From Marsupella aquatica (Eukaryota > Plantae > Marchantiophyta), in the NCBI GenBank assembly GCA_973895155.1, contig OZ316894.1, positions 10,881,874 through 10,945,873 on the forward strand: a stretch of 64,000 bases of DNA. Reading direction: 5' to 3'. The notes beneath the pieces were generated by a model. The model was not told the origin of the DNA and searched no databases. It saw only the letters and a list, made by a program, of their open reading frames with translations. Numbering within the stretch: position 1 is the stretch's first letter; each line of letters begins with the position of its first letter. The position numbers and the translations under genes are program-made. Positions 1-13,225 of this stretch are shown one piece after another.

Positions 1-3000
1 CCAAGCTTTTTAGCAACATAAAAATCTCAGCCTAAGCAAACTTAAGACAATAATAAAATGACTAGAAAATGTTTTTGTAACATCCTAGGATGTTCAAGTA
101 CCCTAACAATATAGAAACATGTCGAGTGCATACACATTGTTACACAACATACATCATGTGTCACACACATCAAAATATAGACAAAAAAAAATGAGAAAAT
201 GAAATACAAGTGGAACTCATGTTCACACATATCCAAAACTCACAATAATTTTCAACAAAATTGAACAACAATTGCAGCCAACAATACACAATGGATCCTG
301 CTCAATCCAATCACACACAAATATTGAGTCAAATGCACCTTGCGTTTCAAGGAATTTATGTTACATACATAACCTGGTCGGCCACACCATAGCCATCAAA
401 ACTCATACTTCAAAGCTCAACATCCAAAGATGAGGCCTTTGAGCCCCCCCCCCCCCCCCCCCACCCCATAACTATCCCTCCAAATGTATAGAAACCCTAA
501 GATGTACATGGTGTGGAGTTGCTCCAAGGCAGATTGCACTAGAAGCATTGATCAAAAGTTCAAGACAAGATGTGCTATGAGGCCTACCATAATAGCATGT
601 AAATATTAGATAGTAGCAGACAGTTTGACCTGTTTTAGTTAGTAGCCAAGGACATTAGAGGACACTTCTGGGGCACCATTATTCACTTTGAATAACTCAC
701 TTATGCAAATGGTCTCGTCTACATTACATCATTAATAACAGGACCACGCCCACATCATACATCAGAGATATTTCCAAGGTCAGATCAGCTACTGTACATG
801 GCTAACCGCAGCAAAGTAGGAGATAAATACTGTGCAAATATCATATTCCATCAAATGTTTGGGAGGCTGTATCATCGGTTCAGCTACTCTGATAGGGGAC
901 ATGGGATACACACCCACAGGTGGGTTTTGTAGGAGTAACATTATCCATTTTGGCAGAAGCTTTTGTCAATGCATATCATTGACAGTACAATCAGCCCAAG
1001 CGCACCCATCAACCATGAATGAATCTAACCAGTAGTACTTGCATCATGATGCCTACCTCTGAGAGTGTGATGAGACAACATTGAGCTTGAACAATAATGG
1101 TGAGCAGGCACAATGCCTTATTCAGTCCATCTTTGTTCACTTTTATTCACCATATTAACCTTTGCTAGACTTGACTTCTACAAAGACACCTTCCCCTTCC
1201 ATCCGTCCAAATTTTCCTTTGCCCAAACTAAGCTTAAATAGCCAGCTGGCTTTGGTCAGTTAGCCAGGGATGAGTCTAGAACTGGGGATGAGCCTAGAAC
1301 TCAAAGGTAGGCCCCTTGTAGTGTTTAGGGTTTACTACCTCAACAAAATAGCATGCTCCAGAGCTGAACATCTATCCTCTGCTGGATGGGTCTGCTTTCC
1401 ATTTACTTACACCACAACTGCACCTCACCTCTAAATAGGTTGGGGGTAAACCAGGAATAGGCTTGAGCTCCACAAAAGGTGGTGAGTGCTCATCTTTTAT
1501 GATAAGTACACTATTTGCCACTGGACAGCAATGAGTAGTGAGGCATGGATGGGACTTTTCAGAAGGGCAGAAGTGGTTTAATAGCAATAGGGCTGTGTAG
1601 TACTAGTAGTCAGGCGTCTCGTACACATACCAGAGAAATACTTTCAATCACAAGTTACCCCTGGCATATCACCAATATAGAAGTTTCCACTTCCAACTAA
1701 TGTAACGAGAACTTACTAAACGTCACACCTCCAGTGCATATGCCAGCACAATAATTTAGAAACTGACTTATCTAGGGTGCTACAATGACGTACTACCCTT
1801 CCGAGCTTTAAACTAGAGGATGAGGAGTGAGATATGTTTCTGGCCCTGGATCCTTCCAACCTAGAGTATGCATTTGATGATTATGACCAAAAATGCAACT
1901 GCTCACATAGTTTGTTGTGGGGACATCATTAGAATCCATCGCGAACTTCAGTTAATACCACGCCTTACACTTCGTTTGTTCCCAAACATGGTTACTTCGA
2001 AAAAGTTATGAGAAAGTGAGTGCCAAGAAACCATTTACCCAATTCCACTTCACCAGAATGATTAATTCGTCCGGAAACAGAATGACCACAGAGTTTGACC
2101 TAGGTCTAGGAAGTAATCCCATAGGGAACTATTGAACAAGATCTGTCTAAGAGCTGTTACGCCAAGAGGGGAGCACCTCACTCTTTAAAGCAGAGCACTT
2201 GTAAGAAAAATTTGGTGGATCAGGCCCTCGTAACCCTCCAGATAATTTGTGTTGAGCTACTATGGCTTCATCTACCTCAACAGCTGAATGTACCGGTTTA
2301 CAACGACAGTTGAGACCCAAAGTCCTAGTTTGGTCAGACTAGTGGTATATCAATTCCCATAATCTAGCAGTGAAGATACATGAGCAGCCAAATTTCCTAT
2401 TTTCTAGATGGGAAGAATCTAGATCGACTACTCAATCACCCACTCATACTTGTCACTAGGTGCACAGCAATCATATCATTTATTTGGGTCGCTCTGAAGT
2501 GACATCCTGAACTCAGTGGTGACGGTCTGGTCCTATGGTGCAGGATGGTAACATAACTTTGTAAACTGAATGTCATGTAGTCGACTATGAATGCGTTGAA
2601 ACTTTCAGTGAGCTGTGACTGCTGTGAAATTTCCAACAAATCTACTTCCATCTCTCCCTTTCGTTTGCTACGGAAAAACTTCTCCCATGACTAAAACACT
2701 GGCCAGGGATTCACTTTAGCTTAAGGTGCATCAAGATGATACATTTACGGCCCAGAATACATGTAACTCTCAACCCTGCTCTTTACCAGATAGTCCTATT
2801 ATCTTCACTAGTTCGTTCATGATTAGAATGTGCAGAAAACTAATATCTCTCTTAGTGAGACAATTATAAGCAAGTCTTAACTAGTTGAGATTCAACTGCA
2901 AATCACCAGAAAATATCGTCCCAACCAATCTGGTAAACAGCTAATAACATCACTGATCTCAACACCTACTATAACCCACAATTTTTCTGTTCAGCTCGTT

Positions 3001-4641
3001 ATAGTTAGATGTTTGCAGTAATTTTATGGGCATTCTAAATTCTGGCTACCAATTATTCATGATGCTCGCTATTTGCAGTAGTTTGCAACAACATGGAAAA
3101 AAAAATGAATCACATCCCAGTTATCCATCTACTCTTACATTCAATTGAAACAACCACGGTCATGCTAGCTTCTATTCCGTGAGAGGCCAAACCATAAAGA
3201 GTACAAAATCAACTGGATCATTCTCTGAGCTGTCGCTCTCGTGCCTCAAAGATTTCTTCTCAATCCACTGATGACACTATACTCTAATGGGAGATAGAAG
3301 ATTTACCTTCAAATTGGAGCGAATCAACTCGGTTGTATAGTTAGGAACGGAGAGCAAAAACTACAACAAGAAGTTCATGGCATATTCCAGACTTGGTGTC
3401 CATGCTTGACAGGAAAGCTTGAGGCTAGTAACCCAAAATGCGTTGACAAGGGAGAAAAAACTCATATAGCGTACTCTCTAATATCTTTCTGGAGACAGTC
3501 GACCAAGTGTCTCCCGAAAATTACCTGCTTGTGTTGATGGACAACCAGTCACTAGAAGGATCCTGTCTGATCCAACCATGTTCTTCTTCCACCCACGCAT
3601 ATCCGCCCTGTTCCTTCTGGAATCACAGGCATGTTGAACTTGATGAACAAAGGGCACCTACACAGTCTGATCCTGACTCTGAAGGACCCCAATGAATTGT
3701 CCAAACGCAATTGTTCGCAATGATGGTTAAAGCCATTGAACCCTGAGAAGCATGTAAGCCACGGAAACCATGGCAATGGTTTACATGACCTTAATCTTCA
3801 AACCATAGAAACGAGAAAGAGTCATCGACTCCACAAAACCGTGCATAAACCACAGAACAGGTACTAAAATTTTCCTAACCAACTATCATTTCCCTTGAAA
3901 GACAAACACAGCACCGTCCCGGATTTCCTAAATAGGATTTTACTCAGCGAGAATGCTCTACATGAGCTTCATAGTCAAACTATTGACATGAACAAGAGTA
4001 CTAAATGTTGAAATTACTGCCACCTGACAGAAGTAAATCACATAAGGAAATTAATTACCTCAACTGAAGATCATCCTCCCTGAAAGACAACAATTTCTCC
4101 CAAATGTTTTCAGTGAATTATTGATTACATGGCATGATTGCACCATCGGAAATAAAGAGTTCGTCTAAAACTCAATCAGGGTCCCTAGCGCCACCGAAAA
4201 CCCCAGCTAGATACCACCATTCACTAAAAGTATAGAGATATATGAGAGCAAAGAGTTCTCTCACAAGGAAGACAATCTTAATTTAAACAGCAATCCTTTG
4301 GACTGCCACTATTGTACCATGCTTTGAGATGAAAGCAATACATTTACAATAAAACTGGTCTATGCTATACCTACGGAGTCCTCAAACTGCTAGCGTGCAA
4401 TATGAAGGTTCACCCATTTTGCATGTCAATGCAATTACAGTCAACCATCATCAGCAGAGTCATCGTATGTCATTATTTAGCCACATTATCCATATACACA
4501 CCTTCAATTCACTGGGGTAGCCCACGTTACAACACTTCATCTTCTTCCTGTTGAGAAGGCCTCACAGACGAAAAACGTCATCAAATCAATCTGGATCTAA
4601 GACTATCCTGAAAGGTGCCTGTATCTAACGGACATCTTAGT

Positions 4642-7600
4642 CTAAAAGGAACTGTCAGCAATGGGAACAGAGTTAGGATGGTCTGTAGGCCCAAAAAGCA
4701 ATTCAAGACAAAAGCTCGACCCACAGATGGCCTTCGCTCGTTTTCCAACCTTGTCCAAATCTCCTCGACCTAGCTGCAAGGTCAAATATCAAACTTGAGC
4801 ACCATTTCCTCTTTCACGTACATAAGCAGTTAAGAGGCAGATCACCTCGGAAACTTGAAAGGATACATTTCAAATGCTTTATCAGTGCAACATCTTCATG
4901 GCCAGGAAAAAATTCAAGGCAAACAGTTCGGGGACACATTAAATTGATTGCAAACTTTCATCAGACTTACTTGTATAATGCTATTGGCAATGAAAAAGGT
5001 GTTGAAGCAGGTATAAAATAGCCGCCCACCACTCTTATCAAAGAATTTTGCCCTAATATCTCCTGCAACCTGACGATGGCATTCGCGAGTCAAAACTCAC
5101 CTCACCGGACAAAGTGAGGAGGACACCTACTTAAGGACAAACTGACAGATACTATGTAGTCATATCTTCCATAATGTCCCTATCCAGATGCAACAAGACC
5201 TTCAAACCTTAAAAGATCAAATACGTGTAGACTTGCAGGGTGGTTCCACATCATCATAATGAAGGTGGTCAAAGACAAAATCAGTGAGATATTAAGCACT
5301 CAACAGTCTAAAATTGAATCTTCACGGACTGCAATTTAGATCTCGAAACTACATGGGGTCTCTCTGTTTATGCTGCCCTTCACTAGCCAATAACAATCAT
5401 GGACTTTGCCATACAGTCTAGTATCCGTAACCTACAAAGTGTCAAAGCTGTGAATCCTAGACACTCTAGATAATCCTACCATCGCTACATTGCTGGAAAA
5501 CAAGAAAGCTTCCTGAATAAACCTTATGAATGTTGAATGTCCAAAGGACGCTTAACAAACTTAAAGGCATCGGTAATCTCAAACAAGAATCAGAAATGTG
5601 GACCTAGACGAGGACGGTCGTATAACCAGAATACGTACCACAAGAGGTTTATCGAAGTAATAATCCAGGCAGGCCTTCTGATGAACCACAGGTTTTTCAG
5701 TGTCCATCTGAACCACCCACCGTGGATGACTTTCAAGTCCGTTCTCATCACCATCTCTGGGGAGAAATGACAGATAATACTGTGGGCTTACTGTACGGTG
5801 CAAACCCTGTTGAAAAGTTTTACAGAACCCACTTGCTATCTGCACAGCTGGCACGTATAACTGCCCCGGAACCTGAGAAGAATCTGCATGTGAGATCTGA
5901 ATTCGTCGTGCCTCAATAACTAACAGTTCAAACGTGACAACATCCCCACATCACATCATTGTAACGAGAGGTCCGTGTGCACGTCCAAGTGTGAAAACAC
6001 AATTTTATTGGTGTTGGCAAGGAGACCGTATTTTCTTTCCCATTGTGTACGTGAAGCATGGACATGGGGCATTTGGGCCAGAGCACAAATTGGTTTGGAC
6101 AGGCATGTAGATTAATAGAGATTCATAATCCACTTCGTCCCCAAACGACAAGAGATAGAGAAAAAGTTGAGTGTATCAAATTCTAGTTTCATTTTTTTCT
6201 AAACCAATATTAAGTACTCATTACTATAAATGTTTTGCATCGAGGTACTGGTGACCGCTGAACGGCTATCCATCTCACTTTAAAAATTGGATAAAGCAAG
6301 TGGAACTGAACCATTGCAGTAGACCCCTGGAAACAATTTCTGGAGCTTTTTTCCTGCAGAGACTTGTCACACAGCCAAACTCATGCAATTTCGAAAAGGT
6401 CCTTCAGGGTTCATTTGAAATTTTGGACAGGTACCTCTTGAAGCTCGTGAACCGCGAACTGAACAGTGTCGATGTTTACTGTATCATACAATCGTATCCT
6501 TCGAAGCTCCCGTGGTTTCGGAGGAGGTACGCGAACTTCAGGGGTTTCACCTTCTTCTGTCCCATTTGGGAAAGTCAAAACCTTACTCCAGTAACCTACA
6601 TATCTCCTCTGACTTGCAATAGTCACCTGTAGCCACACAATCCAAAGACAAACCTTTCACAAGTCAATAGCCTTCCAGCTTGCTTCGTTGGCCAGAAAAA
6701 ATTGGTCATGCCACAGATTTATCACAAGACAATAAAGCCACCAAACAGTTAGAGCTATAAAGCCCCCAGTCCAACACCGAGCCCCAGCCAAGCCCTACCC
6801 CTTCATTGTTATAAGTCCGCTGACTGGCATACAGCTGGAGTGCCTCTTCTGGGCTCATTCCCTTGTAAACTAGATATGAACAAACCATCAACCCTGTTCG
6901 CCCTTTTCCAGCCTGCAAACATTCAGCACAACAAGGAGTAAAACAAAGTGAGATTGAATTTATTTTTTGTAGTTGCAACTCTACAGGAAACTTTGATGTC
7001 CCTTGTCGTAAGATTGCAAACATGTCACACGACACCTAGTCAGTATGCATGACGCCAAGCAACGTGAGATTTTCCGTCTGACTCCAAAATTGTCTGTTAA
7101 TCCTCAGTTCTCATCACATGTCAAGCGTTCTTTAAGGGCATAGTAGTGGCAAATACAAGTGCAAAGACTGGAGGGCCAACTTATCCCTAAAATGGTGCAA
7201 CTCAGAATAGTAGCTTAAACAAATGGTAAAATTGGACGCTGCTTCGTTAGCTATACACTTCATTACACGTGACCAGCTATTCAATACCGCAGGCGCAACT
7301 GATTTGCTACCCGACAAAACAGCGGCAAATTTCAGATTAACATGAGATGCAACTAAGAATTAGATTTCGGTCCACTTACACGGCAGTGTATCACTGCAAC
7401 ATTAGCAGGGTCTTCATCCAGCCATTGTTGCACGCTTTCACAAAAAATCTTTATGAGATGAAGTGGAGGAACATGGTTGTCATCAAAAGGAATCACCTCC
7501 ACCCTCCCATGAAAATGGTCAGGATCATAGACAGCCTCCTCACAGAGGTTATAAACCTGAAGAGAGAGGTCAAAATTTCCAATCAGGTTGACCGTGAAAA

Positions 7601-8442
7601 AAGCAGCGATATATGTTTCAAATCAGCCCACGACTCGCAGGTACGAAAGGACAGCTGTATCATTTCCCCACTAAAGTAGAAAGAGCTTCCCCTATCATTT
7701 GTGTCCCGAAAGAACTATAATCCATTCCGACTGTTCTGAGCATCCACCTCTTCTGGCATCTTCCGATGAATTGATCTCCCAATTCATACTCACAAGTGGG
7801 TGGGTATTCAGACGAAATATTCTCCAACAAAATCTAAAATGAATGGAACGGCTTAGAGAACACACGGTACAAATTCAAAAGGTATACATCCCCGCATCTA
7901 AAATGATACAATTTCGTGCAATTTAATGAGATTTAAACCATTGCACTCAAATTCAGATCCTCTCAAACTAGACATTTCGAAACGTCTCAGTCAAACAGCA
8001 GGCAAAGAAAGGCATACCGGGCAAGGATAGATGGAGTAAATGGTACAAATCAAGAACTTATAGAGTACTCACTCCATATCGGAATTGCGCTAAAAGACGA
8101 TTACAGGCAAAGTCGGAAGTGTACCTTGTAATTTGAACCGTGTCGACTGTCAAGGGCCCGCTGCACCTGCCACATCGGATTCCTGATAATTGCTTCCATG
8201 TTCTGAGCGGGGAAGGACATGGCAAGCAAGCGACACGTTATGTAGGACAAATCCAGATCATATCCATCCACCACCATACGCCGTCGTTTCTTAGAAACGA
8301 GGCTACGGATGTATCGGGACACTGAGACCAGTTCCAAGAAAGTGACGGAAGGTTTCCCTCCCCCCAACAATGCAGACCTGCTGCTGCTGCCGAGCCCTCC
8401 ATCCCCGTCCCACAACCCCCCTTTGCCCAACTTGGCCCCCGT
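4642..8442 (-). CDS. PTEN1: PTEN1-type phosphoinositide/protein phosphatase (phosphatase + C2 domain), 7 coding exons; start codon uncertain (proposed ACG at 8442)
   Basis: GT-AG exons join in frame: 8442-8125, 7556-7380, 6912-6799, 6626-6435, 5872-5639, 5069-4971, 4773-4642 (TAG). Translation includes YIRSLVSKKRRRMVVDGYDLDLSYIT, RLLAMSFPA, VYNLCEE, PFDDNHVP, the P-loop HCR|AGKGRTG, SQRRYVGYW and C2 segments GDIRAKF/FNTFF/DLDKV, all typical of plant PTEN1. Confidence 0.93.
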
Positions 8443-8473
8443 CGTGCCCTTTTTACTCCTCCTGCCTTGAAGG

Positions 8474-8503
8474 CTAATTCTTGTGCCGTGCCCTTGGAAC
8501 CAT
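8474..8503 (-). promoter_or_regulatory. Short uORF (MVPRARHKN*) in the PTEN1 leader
   Basis: ATG at 8503-8501 and TAG at 8476-8474, ending about 30 nt before the proposed ACG start. It lies downstream of a likely acceptor near 8680 (gtttcagtttacag). Confidence 0.5.
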
Positions 8504-9558
8504 GTGCACGGTTCCTCTCCCTGATTGATGGCCCAATGCGGATGAGCTCGTCTGGATCGATCCGGAAGTCAACCAAATTGCCACCGCAAACACTGGTCGC
8601 ACAAGCTCCCCAGTGCAATCGGTTCCTATTCCTCCTGCGTGCACTTGATCCACAACCTCCTCCACAGAGATAATCACACTGTAAACTGAAACTTGGAGCT
8701 CAGATCTTCTGAGGCCGCTGCCAATACGCCAGGTGAAGTGAGGTTTGTCACAATTTGCGAGTCGTCAGCTACCGAGGACATTCCAACACGTCGAGCCTCA
8801 TACCTGGTGTGTACACACCAAATCTATTCCCGGAGCAAGGCCGCTAAAGCTAAATCCTAAATTACGATCCAACACCACCGCTCTGCACAACTCGCAAATC
8901 ACAAGCAGAGAAACTTCCAAATCCCGATAAGATACTTCTCTATTTCGAAGGCATCCTGGATCCCTGCTACGTGATGCGATCGACCCCTACCACCACCACC
9001 ACGACGTTTCCTCAGCCACCAAACGTCCAACTTTTAGAGAATTGACAGCAAAAACTCTGAACAAACACGACTCCTAATTCGCTCTCTGCCAGACGATATC
9101 CAGCTCACGCACGAACCAAACAAGACGGCGACGTTGACCACCGCACAAACATCGGCACCTACAACTCTACTGTTCACACCAACCGAATCCTTCACGAGGA
9201 CACCTCTGTCCTATGACATATCCTGCCGTTTTCCTCCTTCCCGTCCCCACGGTCAATCGGTCGAAGGAACAGCAAATCCAAGTAGCCAGCATGCGGCAAC
9301 GAATTCGCCGTCTACCCTGTCAATCTCATCCGACTCTCCTTCACACAACCCCCACCGGCCAACCCCAACCTCTCGCCCCCCTGCCTCCCCCTCCCGAAAA
9401 AGAGAACGAGAAAAACCAAACCAAAAAGCAACCAAAAAAAAAGCACTTCCGAGTCTCATAAAGCATCGACTGCGGAGTTTCGTGTTCAACGAACTCAAGC
9501 TACCGGCGGATTGCTCCGCCCCATCCCCGCGGCTTGCCCACTCCACCACCAGAAACGA

Positions 9559-9856
9559 ACTACAACGAACGATATCGCTTCGATCCACTCTCCTACACTA
9601 CAACGAACGATGTCGCTTCGATCCACTCTCTACTCACTACTAGTAACTACAGCTGCTGCTCGCCTCGGCTCAGCTCAGCTCGGCTCCGCTCCGCTCCGCT
9701 CCCTGCCTGCGAGCGAGCGAGCGAGCGAAGTAAAGCAAATCAGCCCTTCCGCCGCGCAGCGATGCGCAAGCGGTCGAACTTAGGAGTGGAGGGAGCGCGG
9801 GGCGGAACAAGAGAAAGGTAGCGAAGGGTCTCCGAGACGAGACGAGACGAGACACG
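9559..9856. repeat. Short duplication and microsatellites (GCTCA/GCTCC, GAGC, GAGAC) in the probable PTEN1 promoter or first-exon region
   Basis: actacaacgaacgat(a/g)tcgcttcgatccactct occurs twice (~9559, ~9598), followed by (gctcg/gctca/gctcc)n, (gagc)n and (gagac)n runs in a CpG-rich stretch. Confidence 0.75.
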
Positions 9857-11714
9857 GGCCTAGCGAGTAGCCAGACAGGGGGCAATGGAGGGCACCAGAG
9901 TGCGACCCGGCGATGCGAGGGCGGACGAGCCGGGTGGGTAGCGGGGAGCGGACATAGCATGAACTTCTTGTTGGCTCAGTTTCGAGGACTTTTCGCTATT
10001 GATCGCCAAACCCCACCTGTGAATTGGTATGGAAAATTAAGGAAAAACACGCCGGAAGTTGGGTCGTGTCTAATAAGCCTTCTTTTCTTTTCCCTGGACC
10101 CTACAGTTAGGATTTTTAGTTGCCAGCTGAATATCATTGAATCCTGATTGGGGGGAACGGGCATGGCATGAGATTCTCGTTGGCTCATTTTCGGGGCTTC
10201 TTTTCTTTTTCGCTATTTATTGCCAAAACCTTGCACTGAAATTGGCCTCGAGAAACAGGGCAAATCACCCCCTCTTGGGGTTTTGTCCTGGACCGTAGGA
10301 TCTTTATTTGCGATTTGAATATCGTTCAATCCTTTGGGTTCCCACAAGGTCCACATGATAGGGCCCAGTTGCCACCTCCTTCATGTATTTGGGGTTGTCG
10401 CTGCTTTTTAGCCATTTATCCCCAAAATCCACCACCAAAATGGTCCTGGCTACAGATGTAAGAGGAAAATAGGAAAATCAGGTTTTAAATCCCCAATAGT
10501 GTCAACTACCATGAAAAGAGATTGTCTCTCACTCTAAATCTCATGGAAATTTGCCAAAGCTGACTATTAAATGCTTAGCATCTTGCCACGCTTACAGGAG
10601 AGGAAGGGAATGCCAACTCGCCACAGTTAGGTCATGGAACTGCACATGCAATGGCAGCCATTGTACCCTCAATTCAGAGTCCCAGACTTACAAGTTACTA
10701 GGATTAATTAAATGCCCTTAAAGTTTGGAATCTACAAAATACTCCAGCTATTCGAAGGTGTCCCTGGTCTCTCACAACTGCCATGGGTCTGTGTTGACTT
10801 GCAAGAAATAATAGACAATTGTGTATACTCCACGACAACTGTGTTTCGAATTGTCACTTTTAAATGATTAATTTTTAAGAATAGAATCTACATTGGTACC
10901 TTCAGGTGCTCTTTGTACCTTAGAACCAGCTGTCATTTGGTTTAAATAATAGAGATTAATCTTTCTACAATCTTCCCTTTCCCCTCAAAAATAGTGGCAG
11001 TTGACAGGGGTGGTGGCATAAGGAACAAGTCTCCTTCAGAAAAGGAGGGGGTGTTTTCTCTATACCCCTACATTGTACAAAAGGAAAACACTGTTTGTAG
11101 GGCGACCCGTACACGACCAACGGCCTTTGAAATCTTGGAGATCTCTGAAACAAAGGGGGCGAGCCGGAAGGGGGAGAGAGTGCATGGAATCCTCGAAAAT
11201 GGGGAACGGAGGGCTGGGGGGCGGGAGTGGAGCTGAGAGCCTGAGAGGGGGAACGGAGGGGCGAGTGCAGCGAATCCCCGGAAGGACCCAATCACGTCGG
11301 CGACAGACTAGAGGCCAGAGCCCGCCCTGTACAGCTTTTGATATCCACGACGGATCTTCTTCGCTCCACGTGGAAAGGACTTCACTTTTCAAGGCAAGCA
11401 ATTCGACACACGATGCAATTTATTCCATGTGGGATACTTATTTGCAGTCGATTTTCTCTTTGGTTTTTTTTATTTGTTAAAAATGACAAACCGACTAAAA
11501 AGGACAAAACGAAGTACAAATGAGTAAAAGTAACAGAGGTACAAAGAACACAAACACCGAAAAAAAAGGGTAAAATAATGCGAAGGGCAAACCTCGGAAG
11601 AAGGGGGGAAAAAGAAATACCATTGCAATTGATAATGTCCACATCTAGGGTAGTGCTTAAAGTAAGCCTCCAAGCAAAATATGGATATGTGTTTTTGTTT
11701 TTCCGTTCCTCTCA

Positions 11715-12010
11715 TTTAGCTTCTTTATTCTCTTTTCTTCTCTTCTTTCCTCTTTTTAAAGTTTATACCTTGGTTAGCCCTTTTCTAGTAAAATACCTTA
11801 AGTTGATAGGAGCATGTATCACAACACTTAACCTCAAATATCCAATAAACAAAGCACTTTTTACTTTAGCTTCTTTATTCTCTTTTCTTGTTTTCTTTTC
11901 TCTTTTTAAAGTTTATACCTTGGTTGGCCCTTTTCTAGTAAAGTGCTTTAAGTTGATAGGAGCATGTATCACAACATTTAACATCTAAAATCGAATAAAC
12001 AAAGCACTTT
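11715..12010. repeat. Direct tandem duplication, ~150-bp unit x2
   Basis: tttagcttctttattctcttttctt...aataaacaaagcactttt starts at 11715 and again at 11865. Confidence 0.9.
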
Positions 12011-12829
12011 TGGAACGGCAAACAGTGTACTTTGGTAGGGTCTTATCTGCAGAAAAGGTAACATTTCAAAATGATCCATTAGAGTATTCTGTTGACATAG
12101 TGGTCCATGAAAGCTTTAGGAGGGCCTTGCCCCTTGGAGTACATACATGTCCCACTTGTAGCCATAGTTATGATGCTAGAAATGAACCTTAGATCACCAC
12201 AATATTGGAGGAATAGAACTCTCTTTTTTAAATTAGTCTTAGTAGGTTTTTGGGTTTACATTTGCCTACTCTTTAGAGTGTGCTGTTTGTCCTCTCTTGA
12301 CCTCTTTTGTTTTTTCTCCTTTGTGTTTTGTTTACCCCTTTCTTGAGTAAATTGGTCATTTCCGAGAAAGAGATCGTTTGTTGAATTTGTGGCTAGCCTT
12401 CTTTGTGAAACACTTTGGCCTCTTTCCCGTCCATCTTGTCCTTTAGTTTCTTATGAATCTGTCATAACTACCAAGGAATAAGAGAAAGGCTCTAAACTAA
12501 TCTGAACACCCCAACATTTCCTTTAGGGTGAACATAGGGAATTGAATATCCACTAAACTTTATCTTATGAGATATATGCTTGATGCCCCCCCCCCCCCTC
12601 CGGAACCTTTCTTACTTGATAGGCCCCTAGGTAATTTTTCTTACCTAGTAGGCCTCTCTAGATAACTTTTCTTACCTAATAGACCCTTTGTCAGTATTTT
12701 TTGTCAGATGTTCTTATTATAGACACTATAACAAGTTTTCCCTTCATGGAGTGACCAATCACGTTTTCCAGAAAGACCATGGTCAACCATGACTCCAGGC
12801 AAACTGCAAGGTTGGACCGTGCAGCCGAC

Positions 12830-13225
12830 CCTACATGGTCAACCAAAAAAAAATCACGGAGATTATTCGGGAGAAACCACAAAAAATGGCCGTAGCTGCC
12901 GAAACTGTGATTTGAAGACAATATGCATTATGTCTTTGGATTCAAAATTTGACCAATCGCGGGGTAGTCATTAGGTTTGCTTGTATGGGTTTTTTTGTGA
13001 CTGTTGGACCATGCGGGAGGCCACCCCTGCATGGTCTAATAAACATGTGGGAGAAACAGTTGAAACCGCAAAGATGATGACTGTGGGAGAACCACTAAAA
13101 GCAACCGCCGTTGTCCAAACCGCGACTTGAATACAATATGAATTAAGTCTTCTGGCTCAAATTTTTACCGTCTTGCGGGGTAGTCGTTAGGTATGCATTT
13201 CATGTAGTGTACATGGGTTTTTCAT
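12830..13225. repeat. Diverged direct repeat, probable TE sub-terminal repeats
   Basis: Motifs gggagaaaccac...ccgaaactgtgatttgaa...tcaaaattt...gcggggtagtc(a/g)ttaggt appear twice (~12868-12980, ~13084-13195). Confidence 0.6.

Noticed and set aside
8238-8618. 126-aa ORF (HWGACATSVCGG...) as the PTEN1 N-terminus or a separate gene
   Set aside because: It starts at TTG in a different frame from PTEN and has no recognisable homology. The ACG model explains the N-terminus better.
9134-9960. Several overlapping 90-170-aa ORFs
   Set aside because: They are low-complexity products of GC-rich, microsatellite-containing promoter or UTR DNA.
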